Below are positions 7,702-14,621 of a stretch of 32,000 bases of DNA, piece after piece. Position 1 is the stretch's first letter. Every line of letters starts with the position of its first letter. This DNA is from Kiritimatiella glycovorans. Lineage in GTDB: Bacteria > Verrucomicrobiota > Kiritimatiellia > Kiritimatiellales > Kiritimatiellaceae. Below the pieces are notes generated by a model, which ran no database searches, was not told the origin of the DNA, and saw only the letters and a program-made list of their open reading frames with translations. Both the position numbers and the translations under genes were made by a program. Location of the stretch: the NCBI RefSeq assembly GCF_001017655.1, contig NZ_CP010904.1:2670001-2702000 (forward strand). The letters are read 5' to 3'.

Positions 7702-8310
7702 TTATTCCGTCACCCCCAACACGTTCGCGACCGTGAGCGCGCCCTGCGCGGGATCGTGGCGATGCACCCGGAATCCCTCTTTCGCGGCCGCAATCGTATT
7801 CCGCACGTCATCGTCGATGAACAGGCTTACTCCGGGATCGATGGCGGCCCGTCGGGCCACGTGGCGGAAGATCGCCGGATCGGGCTTGGTCATTCCCAGT
7901 TCATACGAGAGGAAGATGTGTTCGAAGAACCCGCTCATCGGGACGCCGCCGGACACAGCCCGGAATGTACGCTCGCATTCGCGGTAGTGGATGGCATTCG
8001 TATTGCTGAGCAGGAAGAGCCGGAATCCGCGCTCCTTCAACTCGTCGAGCATGGCGATGTGCCCCGGCGGGACCGCGCCGATGATCTCGTTCCAGGCCGT
8101 GTCGATCTGCCGGTCGCCGAGGTCCCGCCCCGCCGCCTCCCGTACACGATCGCGAAACTGCGCCTCATCGATGACCCCGCGCTCGAACTCGCCCGCCAGG
8201 CCCACCATGCCGTGAAGTCCCAGCGCGGTCAGGCGCCGGAGCCCGCGCATCCGGTGGATATCGATCAGCACGCCTCCGAGATCGAAGAGGATGTTTCTGA
8301 TGGGGTTCAT
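7702..8310 (-). CDS. HAD-superfamily phosphatase, subfamily IA (YihX-like sugar-phosphate phosphatase)
   Basis: Motif I ILFDLGGVLIDI, LLSNTN, GMTKPDPAIF and FIDDDVRN parallel the E. coli YihX layout as I recall it (FDLGNVIVDI, VLSNTN, GMRKPE, FFDDN). Confidence 0.8.
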   Translation of the reverse strand: MNPIRNILFDLGGVLIDIHRMRGLRRLTALGLHGMVGLAGEFERGVIDEAQFRDRVREAAGRDLGDRQIDTAWNEIIGAVPPGHIAMLDELKERGFRLFLLSNTNAIHYRECERTFRAVSGGVPMSGFFEHIFLSYELGMTKPDPAIFRHVARRAAIDPGVSLFIDDDVRNTIAAAKEGFRVHRHDPAQGALTVANVLGVTE

Positions 8311-8475
8311 GGTCCGGCATTATGGATGACGCGAAGGCCTGAAGAAAGAAAAGGAAGCGCGGCCGGCACCGGGCCGCGGGGCATGCGTTTCCGGGGTGTT
8401 CGCATGTCTCTCAGGTTCCGTTCGGAATCAAATATCCCTCGAATTTGCCCCGGCATCGCGGTACACCACGTCTTC

Positions 8476-10086
8476 ATGAAGCCGGAAGACGCATCAGGCC
8501 CCTGGTGGCGGAGGGGTTCTATTCAGGCGCGGATCCTTTTTGCCGCGACGCTCCTGCTGTTTCTGCTGACCTTCCCCGAGAACCACACGGAGGCGGAGGA
8601 CGCGTACGACTACGCGTGGAACGTGGAACGGGGCGGGGAGGCCCTGTTTCACTCGTTTCACCTCCTCTATCTCCCCCTCATGCGCGCGCTCCGGGGATTC
8701 ATCCGGCCTTTCTCCACAGAACTGCATGCGTATCCGGTCATGGCGGCGGTGAGCCTGCTGAGCGGCGCGGCGGCGGTTGCGGCGCTGTTTCTGGTCGTAC
8801 GCCGCCTGCGGGACACGGGCGTGGCGCTGTTCGCCGCGGCGGGGCTGACGTTCTCGTACGGATTCTGGCGGTATGCCTGCGAGGCGGAGGTGTATGTCCC
8901 GGCCTCGCTCGCCGCGCTGGCGGCGTTCGGCTGCGCCGTTCGTGATGAACGCGGGGCGCGCCTCCAGGCGGCCGCCGTCGGCTTCTCGATCCTGGCGGTC
9001 TCGCTTCACGTGCTGCAGGGCTGGGCGGTACTCGTCTGCCTCCCCGTATACCACCTGCTCCGGCGCCGACCACGCCGCGCGCTCATCCATCTGCTCGGGT
9101 CGGCTGCGGGCATCGCCGCCGTATACGGAACCACGGCCGCGACCGGCCGACTCTTCTTCACGGCCGGAAGCTGGCAGCCCGAAGGCGGCCTCCGGGTGGC
9201 GTCGCTGCTCAAGGGGATCGTCGGCGCGGGCCAGAGCCTGGTCGCGGGCAATTTCGTCTTCGCCTTCCCCGGGGCGGCTTCGGCCATCGAACGGATGTTT
9301 CCCTACCGCGCGCTGAGCGAGGAGATCTTCATGGGCCGCGCAGGACCGGCGGGGCTGCGGTTCGCCGCCGCGGGTACGCTGGTCGCGCTCGCGGTCGCGG
9401 CAACACTCGCCCTGCTCACCGAGGTGCGCTCCAAACGGGGCGGGGCGGGCGCCCCGTGGTCCGCGCCCCGCCGTGCCGCCGCGGGCGCGGTCATCCTGTG
9501 GCTCACCGGCGCCTCCGGCGCGGTCTGCGTCTTCGAACCGGGCAACCCCGAACTCTGGACGGCCGTCCTGCCGCCGCTGTGGATGACCGCCGGGCTGGTG
9601 CTTCCCGCCGCCACGCCGCGCCGCCGGGGGACGAGAACGGCCCTGATCGCTCTGCTCGCCCTGCACAACTGGACCGGCGGGATGGCATGGATCGCCGGCG
9701 GCGAAGGGGACTACCACGCACGCAAGGCGGAGTGGGTCGTGGAAAACACGGATTCGCAGGATAAGGTCCTCACGGCCGACAATCCCGTGTTCTTCTTCTA
9801 CCTGCGCTACCACGCGCCGGCCCGCGTCGTCTCGCTGCAACGCCTCGCGGAGGACGCCTTCGATCCCGCTCCCCCGCCCGGAGGGTATACGTATGTTTAC
9901 GGGGATGTGTTCGCTCCTCCTGAATCGATGGGAATCCGCTTCCCCGGTCGCAGCACAAAGCTGAAGCGTTTTGCGGAGAGGCTCCGCCCTGCGGTCGAAC
10001 CGGTCGCCTCGCACCCCTTCGGAAAGATCTACCGGGTTCGGGAATCCCTCGAATTTTCCGCCCCGGGACGCTACACAGGGATGTGA
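8476..10086 (+). CDS. Polytopic membrane protein, candidate GT-C-type (ArnT/PMT-like) glycosyltransferase or polymerase
   Basis: The 3' part of track ORF 7651..10086. The 5' part overlaps the HAD gene on the other strand and is rejected. In-frame ATGs lie at 8383, 8404 and 8476. From 8476 the protein starts with a basic N-terminus followed by a TM helix (MKPEDASGPWWRRGSIQARILFAATLLLFLLTF). An acidic first loop (EAEDAYDY) and about 10-12 hydrophobic helices follow. The function is inferred, not recognised. Confidence 0.6.
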   Translation: MKPEDASGPWWRRGSIQARILFAATLLLFLLTFPENHTEAEDAYDYAWNVERGGEALFHSFHLLYLPLMRALRGFIRPFSTELHAYPVMAAVSLLSGAAAVAALFLVVRRLRDTGVALFAAAGLTFSYGFWRYACEAEVYVPASLAALAAFGCAVRDERGARLQAAAVGFSILAVSLHVLQGWAVLVCLPVYHLLRRRPRRALIHLLGSAAGIAAVYGTTAATGRLFFTAGSWQPEGGLRVASLLKGIVGAGQSLVAGNFVFAFPGAASAIERMFPYRALSEEIFMGRAGPAGLRFAAAGTLVALAVAATLALLTEVRSKRGGAGAPWSAPRRAAAGAVILWLTGASGAVCVFEPGNPELWTAVLPPLWMTAGLVLPAATPRRRGTRTALIALLALHNWTGGMAWIAGGEGDYHARKAEWVVENTDSQDKVLTADNPVFFFYLRYHAPARVVSLQRLAEDAFDPAPPPGGYTYVYGDVFAPPESMGIRFPGRSTKLKRFAERLRPAVEPVASHPFGKIYRVRESLEFSAPGRYTGM

Positions 10087-10937
10087 TGAAATTCTCGATC
10101 GTCACCCCGAGCATGAACATGCTGGAAGACCTGCGCCGATGCCGAGTGTCGGTGGCGGATCAGGAAGGCGTGGAACTCGAGCACCTCGTGCAGGACGGCG
10201 GATCGACCGACGGCACTGCCGAATGGCTCAAGTCTCAGCACGGACTGCTCGGTGTGTCCGAACCGGACGGCGGGATGTACGAGGCGCTGAACCGGGGGTT
10301 CAGCCGCGCGACGGGGGAGATCTTCGCGTGGCTCAACTGCGACGAGCAGTATCTTCCCGGAGCGCTGCGGGGCGTGCACGACTTCTTTGAACGACATCCC
10401 GGCATCGACCTTGTCGCGGGCGATTACCTCGTTGTGGAGGATGGCGGCGAATTGCTCGCATGGCGGAAGACGCTGCCTCCGCGTCGTCTCTACCTCCGCA
10501 CGGGACATCTTTACACGCTCTCGTGCGCGCTGTTCTTCCGGCGGCGGGTCTTTGAGGCGGTGAAGTTTGATCCCCGGATGCGCTGCACGGCGGACCACAA
10601 ATTCATGCTCCGGGCGCTTGAGCACGGGTTTCGGGCGCGCCACCTCCCGGGCTACCGCGCCGCGTTTTTCCTGCGGGAACACAATCTGTCGCTGAGCCCG
10701 AGGGCATGGGATGAGCTGGCCGCACTGCAGCGCGATAATCCGCGGCCGCTTCGCCTGTGCGCGGGACCGATCCGCGCGCTGAAATGGACCGAAAAGTTCG
10801 TGCGCGGCGGCTATCGGCAGCGCTTCCCCCTGACCTATTCCATCTATCTCGACGATGAGGACGAACGCCGACGCATTACGGCGCGCACGGGAACGTGGCG
10901 CTGGCCTGAACGGGGACGTGAGGGGGTGTCGACATGA
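10086..10937 (+). CDS. Glycosyltransferase family 2
   Basis: MKFSIVTPSMNMLEDLRRCRVSVADQEGVELEHLVQDGGSTDGT is a GT2 N-terminal signature. The track start 10083 is GTG. ATG 10086 shares 1 nt with the upstream TGA (TGATG). Confidence 0.8.
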   Translation: MKFSIVTPSMNMLEDLRRCRVSVADQEGVELEHLVQDGGSTDGTAEWLKSQHGLLGVSEPDGGMYEALNRGFSRATGEIFAWLNCDEQYLPGALRGVHDFFERHPGIDLVAGDYLVVEDGGELLAWRKTLPPRRLYLRTGHLYTLSCALFFRRRVFEAVKFDPRMRCTADHKFMLRALEHGFRARHLPGYRAAFFLREHNLSLSPRAWDELAALQRDNPRPLRLCAGPIRALKWTEKFVRGGYRQRFPLTYSIYLDDEDERRRITARTGTWRWPERGREGVST

Positions 10938-12100
10938 AGGGCGACAACCTGCGCGTAGCGATCGATCTGGCCCCGATGCGTCCGGGTAAAGGCGGGACGG
11001 GGAGCGGGATCTGGACGTATGCGTGCGAGCTGCTGCAGGCGCTGGACACGCTTCCGGACGCCGGGGACATGGAGATCCTCTGTCTTGTGCGACCGGAGCA
11101 GCGCCCGCTGCTTCCCGACCCCGGCCGCACCGACATCCTTGAAGTCCCCGAATTCCCGCCCGGCATCCTGCCGCGGCTCGACTGGGTGCACCGCCGGCTC
11201 CCGCGCATCTGCCGCAATGAGCGGATCGACGTGCTGCACAAGCTCGCGACGGAAGTGCCCTGGCGGTCTCCGGCGGCGGGCGTCACGACGGTGCACGATT
11301 TCTTCTACCGTTTCCTGTTCCGTGAAATGCCGCCTCCGCTGACGCACCTCCGGGAACGGCTGAACAGGGCGTACTTCGATCTCATGGAGCGGCGGTGTTT
11401 CGCGACCGGCGCGCGGATCATCACGGTTTCCGAAGCGGTGGCTGAAGAAGCCCGGACCCTCTTCCCGAAGGCCGCCGACCGCATCCGGACCGTGCCGCAC
11501 GGCGCGCCGGCCCCCGATCCCCTGCCCCGTCCGCGGGAAGGCGCTCCCTTCACGTTCATCTGCGTCGCCAAGTTCATGCCCTACAAGGGGCAGGACAAGG
11601 TTCTCCGCGCGTTTGAACACCTGCATCAGAGCATCACCGGGCCGGACAAACCGCGCCTGCTGTTCCGGGGATTCGAAAACGACCGCGATTACTACGATCA
11701 GTTGCGCCGGCGTATCGAATCGAGTCGCGCGCGGGAGGATATCGAGATCCTCGGATACCAGGCCGATGCCGGGATACGTGAGATCTACGCGGAATCCGAT
11801 GCCGCGCTCCTGTTTTCCGCCTGTGAGGGGTTCGGTCTGCCCGTACTGGAGGCCCAGTCGCTGGGGCTTCCGATGATCTGCAGCGGCCTCCCGGTGCTGC
11901 GGGAGGTAGGGGGAGCGGCGGCGGTCTACGTGGATCACAACGATCCCGCCGTTGCGGCGGCGGAGATGGAGCGGCTGATGACGGATCCTGCGCACTACCG
12001 CCGGATCAGGGAAACGGGTCTCGAAAACGTGAAGCGGTTTTCGTGGGCGCAGGCCGCGGAGCGCACCCGCGCGATCTATCGCCAGGCTGCAGCGTCTTGA
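10934..12100 (+). CDS. Glycosyltransferase family 4 (group 1)
   Basis: The C-terminal domain SACEGFGLPVLEAQSLGLPMICSGLPVLREVGG carries the E-x7-E motif. ATGA overlap with the upstream GT2 stop. Confidence 0.85.
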   Translation: MKGDNLRVAIDLAPMRPGKGGTGSGIWTYACELLQALDTLPDAGDMEILCLVRPEQRPLLPDPGRTDILEVPEFPPGILPRLDWVHRRLPRICRNERIDVLHKLATEVPWRSPAAGVTTVHDFFYRFLFREMPPPLTHLRERLNRAYFDLMERRCFATGARIITVSEAVAEEARTLFPKAADRIRTVPHGAPAPDPLPRPREGAPFTFICVAKFMPYKGQDKVLRAFEHLHQSITGPDKPRLLFRGFENDRDYYDQLRRRIESSRAREDIEILGYQADAGIREIYAESDAALLFSACEGFGLPVLEAQSLGLPMICSGLPVLREVGGAAAVYVDHNDPAVAAAEMERLMTDPAHYRRIRETGLENVKRFSWAQAAERTRAIYRQAAAS

Positions 12101-12110
12101 CGACACAGGG

Positions 12111-12153
12111 GCCACAAAAAGGCACAAGCGGACCACAGAAGAAGGGGGGGGGG
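12111..12153 (-). repeat. K module copy 4 (inverted) with G10 tract
   Basis: GCCACAAAAAGGCACAAGCGGACCACAGAAGAAGGGGGGGGGG. It begins 10 nt after the GT4 stop codon (12098-12100). Confidence 0.85.
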
Positions 12154-12164
12154 ATCGGTGTGGC

Positions 12165-12290
12165 GATAATTCTTGAGCGCCTTTCGCGCGGTCGTCCGCG
12201 CAGCGCACCAGCCCCGAAACACCATACTGGAAGCGAAAAACACGCCGACGGCGAACGCCGGCAGCAGAAACAGCCGCGCGAAAGGTCATG
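12165..12290 (-). pseudogene. Remnant of a paralog of the Wzy-TPR gene (last TM helix / linker region only)
   Basis: Core 12203-12240 (GCGCACCAGCCCCGAAACACCATACTGGAAGCGAAAAA) aligns with 3998-4036 of the intact gene at about 32/39 identity with one indel. Translated: FQYGVSGLVRCADDRA versus LQYGVSGLVRHAGDRA. No start, no TPR part, and one end runs into the K module. The outer limits are approximate. Confidence 0.5.
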
Positions 12291-12296
12291 CACCCA

Positions 12297-12695
12297 TTAA
12301 GCACCCAGGCATCTATTCACTGCGTCATAAACGGACCTGGCATAAGCTCTGAACTCTTCCGCCTTGTGCGTTGAAGGCTTGCCCTCGGGCAGAAGCCCCA
12401 AGTCACCGGGATAACGTGCGTCTATATAAAGCTGATCCAGCAAAGCGGGCACAACAGATTCTTCATCTACATCCATCAATTTATTATCTAATATAAGGCC
12501 CGTTAACTGTTCAATGCTGTGTGTCTTTTTGAAAGATATAGCCCGCTCTTCCATCAACGCCTTGTACGATTTCTCCACACATTGCTGAGCGTGGAAAGCA
12601 AGCATATGGGTTAGGTCCGCCCGCCCCTCCAGTTGCTGCATGACCTTGAGATCATCCAGAGCGGCATCGAGCCAGGCCTGCGTGGTCTTTTTCAT
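12297..12695 (-). CDS. HEPN domain protein (PF05168-like), putative toxin partner of the upstream nucleotidyltransferase
   Basis: AFHAQQCVEKSYKALMEE and LYIDARYPGD are typical of the HEPN domain paired with MNT. I do not see a clear Rx4-6H RNase motif. There is a 44-nt overlap with the MNT gene. The region is markedly AT-richer than its surroundings. Confidence 0.8.
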   Translation of the reverse strand: MKKTTQAWLDAALDDLKVMQQLEGRADLTHMLAFHAQQCVEKSYKALMEERAISFKKTHSIEQLTGLILDNKLMDVDEESVVPALLDQLYIDARYPGDLGLLPEGKPSTHKAEEFRAYARSVYDAVNRCLGA

Positions 12696-13035
12696 AAAGA
12701 ACCCTGCCCTCTCTAAGTATATCCCCGCAGAAAACGCTATTCATAGATAAAAACCTTTTATGCATAGGTCGCGTGTGAACAATTATATCTACAGGATATT
12801 TACGCCGAATATCTTTTATTCTGTTGGCTACCCTTAAATAGACCTCGCTCTTCTGATCATAGTTGCGCGGGATAAAATCATCCGTCGTCACTACCAGAAT
12901 ATCAATATCACTGTCTTCACCTGAGGCACCTCGAGCCCGACTTCCGAACAAAACGACCTTTTCAACCCCGGCGGAAACAAGCCGGGAGGTGATCTCCTGA
13001 ACAACCCTGTCAGACACACGATCCATAAACGTCAT
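12652..13035 (-). CDS. Minimal nucleotidyltransferase (MNT, PF01909-like), putative antitoxin
   Basis: KVVLFGSRARGASGEDSDIDILVV carries the GS-x9-DxD polymerase-beta-type NTase motif. ATG at 13035-13033. Confidence 0.85.
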   Translation of the reverse strand: MTFMDRVSDRVVQEITSRLVSAGVEKVVLFGSRARGASGEDSDIDILVVTTDDFIPRNYDQKSEVYLRVANRIKDIRRKYPVDIIVHTRPMHKRFLSMNSVFCGDILREGRVLYEKDHAGLARCRSG

Positions 13036-13168
13036 GGTATGGCGCCGATGTCGGAATTCAAGACGGAACTAAACCCCTGAACCCGTCTTTGCCGATTAAA
13101 TCTTACTTCCCACAACCCACTTTCCACATCCCATACACACGGAAGCTGAACCACGAAGCCGCAGCGTC

Positions 13169-13197
13169 TTGACGTTATAGCGTCATAGCGTTAACTT
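13169..13197 (+). promoter_or_regulatory. Sigma70-like promoter with candidate operator for the RHH/RelE operon
   Basis: TTGACG (13169-13174), a 17-nt spacer, then TAACTT (13192-13197). The spacer contains a tandem ATAGCGT-C-ATAGCGT direct repeat, a plausible antitoxin operator. The Shine-Dalgarno GGAGGTG lies just before ATG 13216. Confidence 0.45.
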
Positions 13198-13215
13198 TGC
13201 CATTGGAGGTGAACA

Positions 13216-13449
13216 ATGACTGCATCCGCCAGGCGAGCGACCATTTATCTGGACAGCGATCTGCACAAGGCCCTGCGGCTGAAATCCGCCGAGACCTCTT
13301 GTTCGGTCTCGAAACTCGTGAACGACGCCGTGCGCGAGGAACTCGCGGAAGACGCCACGGATCTTGCGGCCTTTGATGAGCGAAAGAACGAACCCGCCAT
13401 CCGTTTCGAAGATTTCGTCAGGGATCTGAAGCGTCATGGCAGAATATGA
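13216..13449 (+). CDS. Ribbon-helix-helix (CopG/ParD-like) antitoxin
   Basis: RRATIYLDSDLHKALRLKSAETSCSVSKLVNDAVREEL has the RHH beta-strand plus two-helix pattern. It lies upstream of, and overlaps by 14 nt, a RelE/ParE toxin gene. Confidence 0.8.
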   Translation: MTASARRATIYLDSDLHKALRLKSAETSCSVSKLVNDAVREELAEDATDLAAFDERKNEPAIRFEDFVRDLKRHGRI

Positions 13450-13693
13450 CATCTTTGTCCGCAAGTCCGTCGCGAAAGATCTGAAGCGCATCCCTGCCGC
13501 GGATGCAACGCGGATCGTCGAAGCCATCCGCGCCCTGGGCGGGAATCCGCGTCCCCCGCAGGCCCGGAAGCTTTCGGGCGATGAAAAATACCGCCTGCGC
13601 TGCGGGGCCTATCGGATCCTTTACGAGATCGACGACGGAAAGCTCGTGGTCTGCGTGGTAAAAGCCGGCCACCGGAAAGACATCTATCGGTAA
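13436..13693 (+). CDS. RelE/ParE-family type II toxin
   Basis: 85 aa. AKDLKRIPAADATRIVEAIRAL, YRLRCGAYRILYEIDDGKLVVCVVKAGHRKDIYR is the classic RelE/StbE/ParE layout. Confidence 0.85.
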   Translation: MAEYDIFVRKSVAKDLKRIPAADATRIVEAIRALGGNPRPPQARKLSGDEKYRLRCGAYRILYEIDDGKLVVCVVKAGHRKDIYR

Positions 13694-13780
13694 CCTCCGG
13701 AGGGGACGGGAGAAGGTTTGTTAATCCCACTCTTTCCCCTCGATTTCCATCTCCTGAGATCAACATTGGGATACCCGGGC

Positions 13781-13827
13781 GAATATCGTACTCGTACGCG
13801 TACTCGGAGCGCCGAAGGCGCGATCCC
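13781..13827 (-). repeat. T module, left arm plus interior (inverted orientation)
   Basis: GAATATCGTACTCGTACGCGTACTCGGAGCGCCGAAGGCGCGATCCC is approximately the reverse complement of 3411-3464. It pairs with the arm at 13981-13999 across the S copy. Confidence 0.8.
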
Positions 13828-13833
13828 AAAAGA

Positions 13834-13980
13834 TAAATGAGAAGAGCACAGGCAAAGAAATGGTGCGTTCCCTCTTACGTTCGTAGTAGGCCCGCAGGCC
13901 TGCGAAGCAGGGCCAGGGCCGTTACCTTCACGCGCCTGGCCTGCCGGGGGCAGGCTTGCGGCGCTACTACGAACGTTTGT
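13834..13980 (+). repeat. S module copy 3 (best-preserved hairpin)
   Basis: A 12-bp perfect terminal stem CGTTCGTAGTAG (13878-13889) / CTACTACGAACG (13964-13975). Inner pairings are 13890-13903 with 13950-13962 and 13908-13917 with 13935-13943. The apical loop is 17 nt (13918-13934). Confidence 0.9.
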
Positions 13981-14060
13981 ACGAGTACGAATTATGTTCA
14001 CCCCTTCATGCTCTTCATGGCCTTCATGGCCTTCATGGTTGATCCCATATTTTTCCCCCC
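13981..14060 (+). repeat. T right arm plus H module copy 4 (four 9-bp units instead of three)
   Basis: ACGAGTACGAATTATGTTC followed by ACCCCTTCATGCTCTTCATGGCCTTCATGGCCTTCATGGTTGATCCCATATTTTTCCCCCC. It ends 18 nt before the stop of the minus-strand ATPase fragment. Confidence 0.9.
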
Positions 14061-14078
14061 GGTTTTTTTCATCCCGCA

Positions 14079-14303
14079 TCACGGGCACACGGCGCGATCG
14101 GGCTCAAGTCCGGAGAGAAAATCACTGCAGGGCAGGCAGAGGATATCGTCGATGCGCAGGCGCTCGCTGCCCCGATAGAGCAACATCGTGTCGCACCCCG
14201 GGTAATCTTCACGAAAGCTCTTCAAGCCCCGGAGGTCCCTGCGATCTACACGTCGGCTGTTCTTCACCTCGATCGCACCGGACGTGGATTCGCCGTAGAT
14301 CAA
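14079..14303 (-). pseudogene. 3' fragment of a second AAA_14/DUF4143-type ATPase gene
   Basis: The 74-aa ORF starts at TTG. Its sequence AIEVKNSRRVDRRDLRGLKSFREDYPGCDTMLLYRGSERLRIDDILCLPCSDFL matches the C-terminal pattern of DUF4143 ATPases. No Walker motifs lie upstream. The upstream sequence is a palindrome cluster and repeats. Confidence 0.6.
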
Positions 14304-14382
14304 GTTAGCAACTAATTATGGCATCGGAATTGCCATATTCAGACCGAATATGGCATCGCACCTGCCTTTTTTCCTTCTCTCC

Positions 14383-14517
14383 CTCTTCTGTGTCCCCCTT
14401 GTGCCCTTTTGTGGCTATTGCTCTTTCTCTCCCTTCTTCTGTGTTCCCCTTGTGGCTCTGTTCTCCCTCCCCTCTTCTGCTCTTCATGCCCTTCATGGTT
14501 AATCCCAATCTTTCCCC
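14383..14517 (+). repeat. K module copy 5, a partial K copy and H module copy 5
   Basis: CTCTTCTGTGTCCCCCTTGTGCCCTTTTGTGGC (14383-14415). CTTCTTCTGTGTTCCCCTTGTGGC (14433-14456). CCTCTTCTGCTCTTCATGCCCTTCATGGTTAATCCCAATCTTTCCCC (14471-14517). Confidence 0.85.
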
Positions 14518-14542
14518 ACGGTTTTCCATTTGCGGCGCGCTC

Positions 14543-14621
14543 GGAGATCGCGCCCTGCCCACCGCTCCGAGTACGAATCGCATTCTCTATCTCTGTGGTG
14601 AATGCCGATTTCGACCCCGAA
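14543..14621 (+). repeat. Degenerate T interior plus S-tail/R module
   Basis: GGAGATCGCGCCCTGCCCACCGCTCCGAGTACGAAT resembles 3413-3455. CTCTGTGGTGAATGCCGATTTCGACCCCGAA resembles 5783-5812. Confidence 0.6.

Noticed and set aside
7651-8475. The N-terminal 275 codons of track ORF 7651..10086.
   Set aside because: This part overlaps the well-supported HAD phosphatase gene on the opposite strand, and it starts inside K module copy 3. The membrane-protein signal begins only after 8476.
13684-14088. ORFs running through the repeats that encode His/Glu-rich (HEGHEGHEEHEG) or KGHKG-type peptides. Examples are 13684..14088 (-), 5647..6186 (-), 14305..14583 (-) and 3254..3466 (-).
   Set aside because: The peptide similarity is a by-product of the H, K and T DNA modules. 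Those modules occur in both orientations, with no conserved start, stop or frame, and some of these ORFs overlap the real ATPase gene.
14383-14517. A CRISPR-like reading of the short periodic H and K repeats.
   Set aside because: The units are 9-10 bp and directly abutting, with no spacers. They are not 25-40 bp repeats separated by unique spacers, and no cas genes are present.
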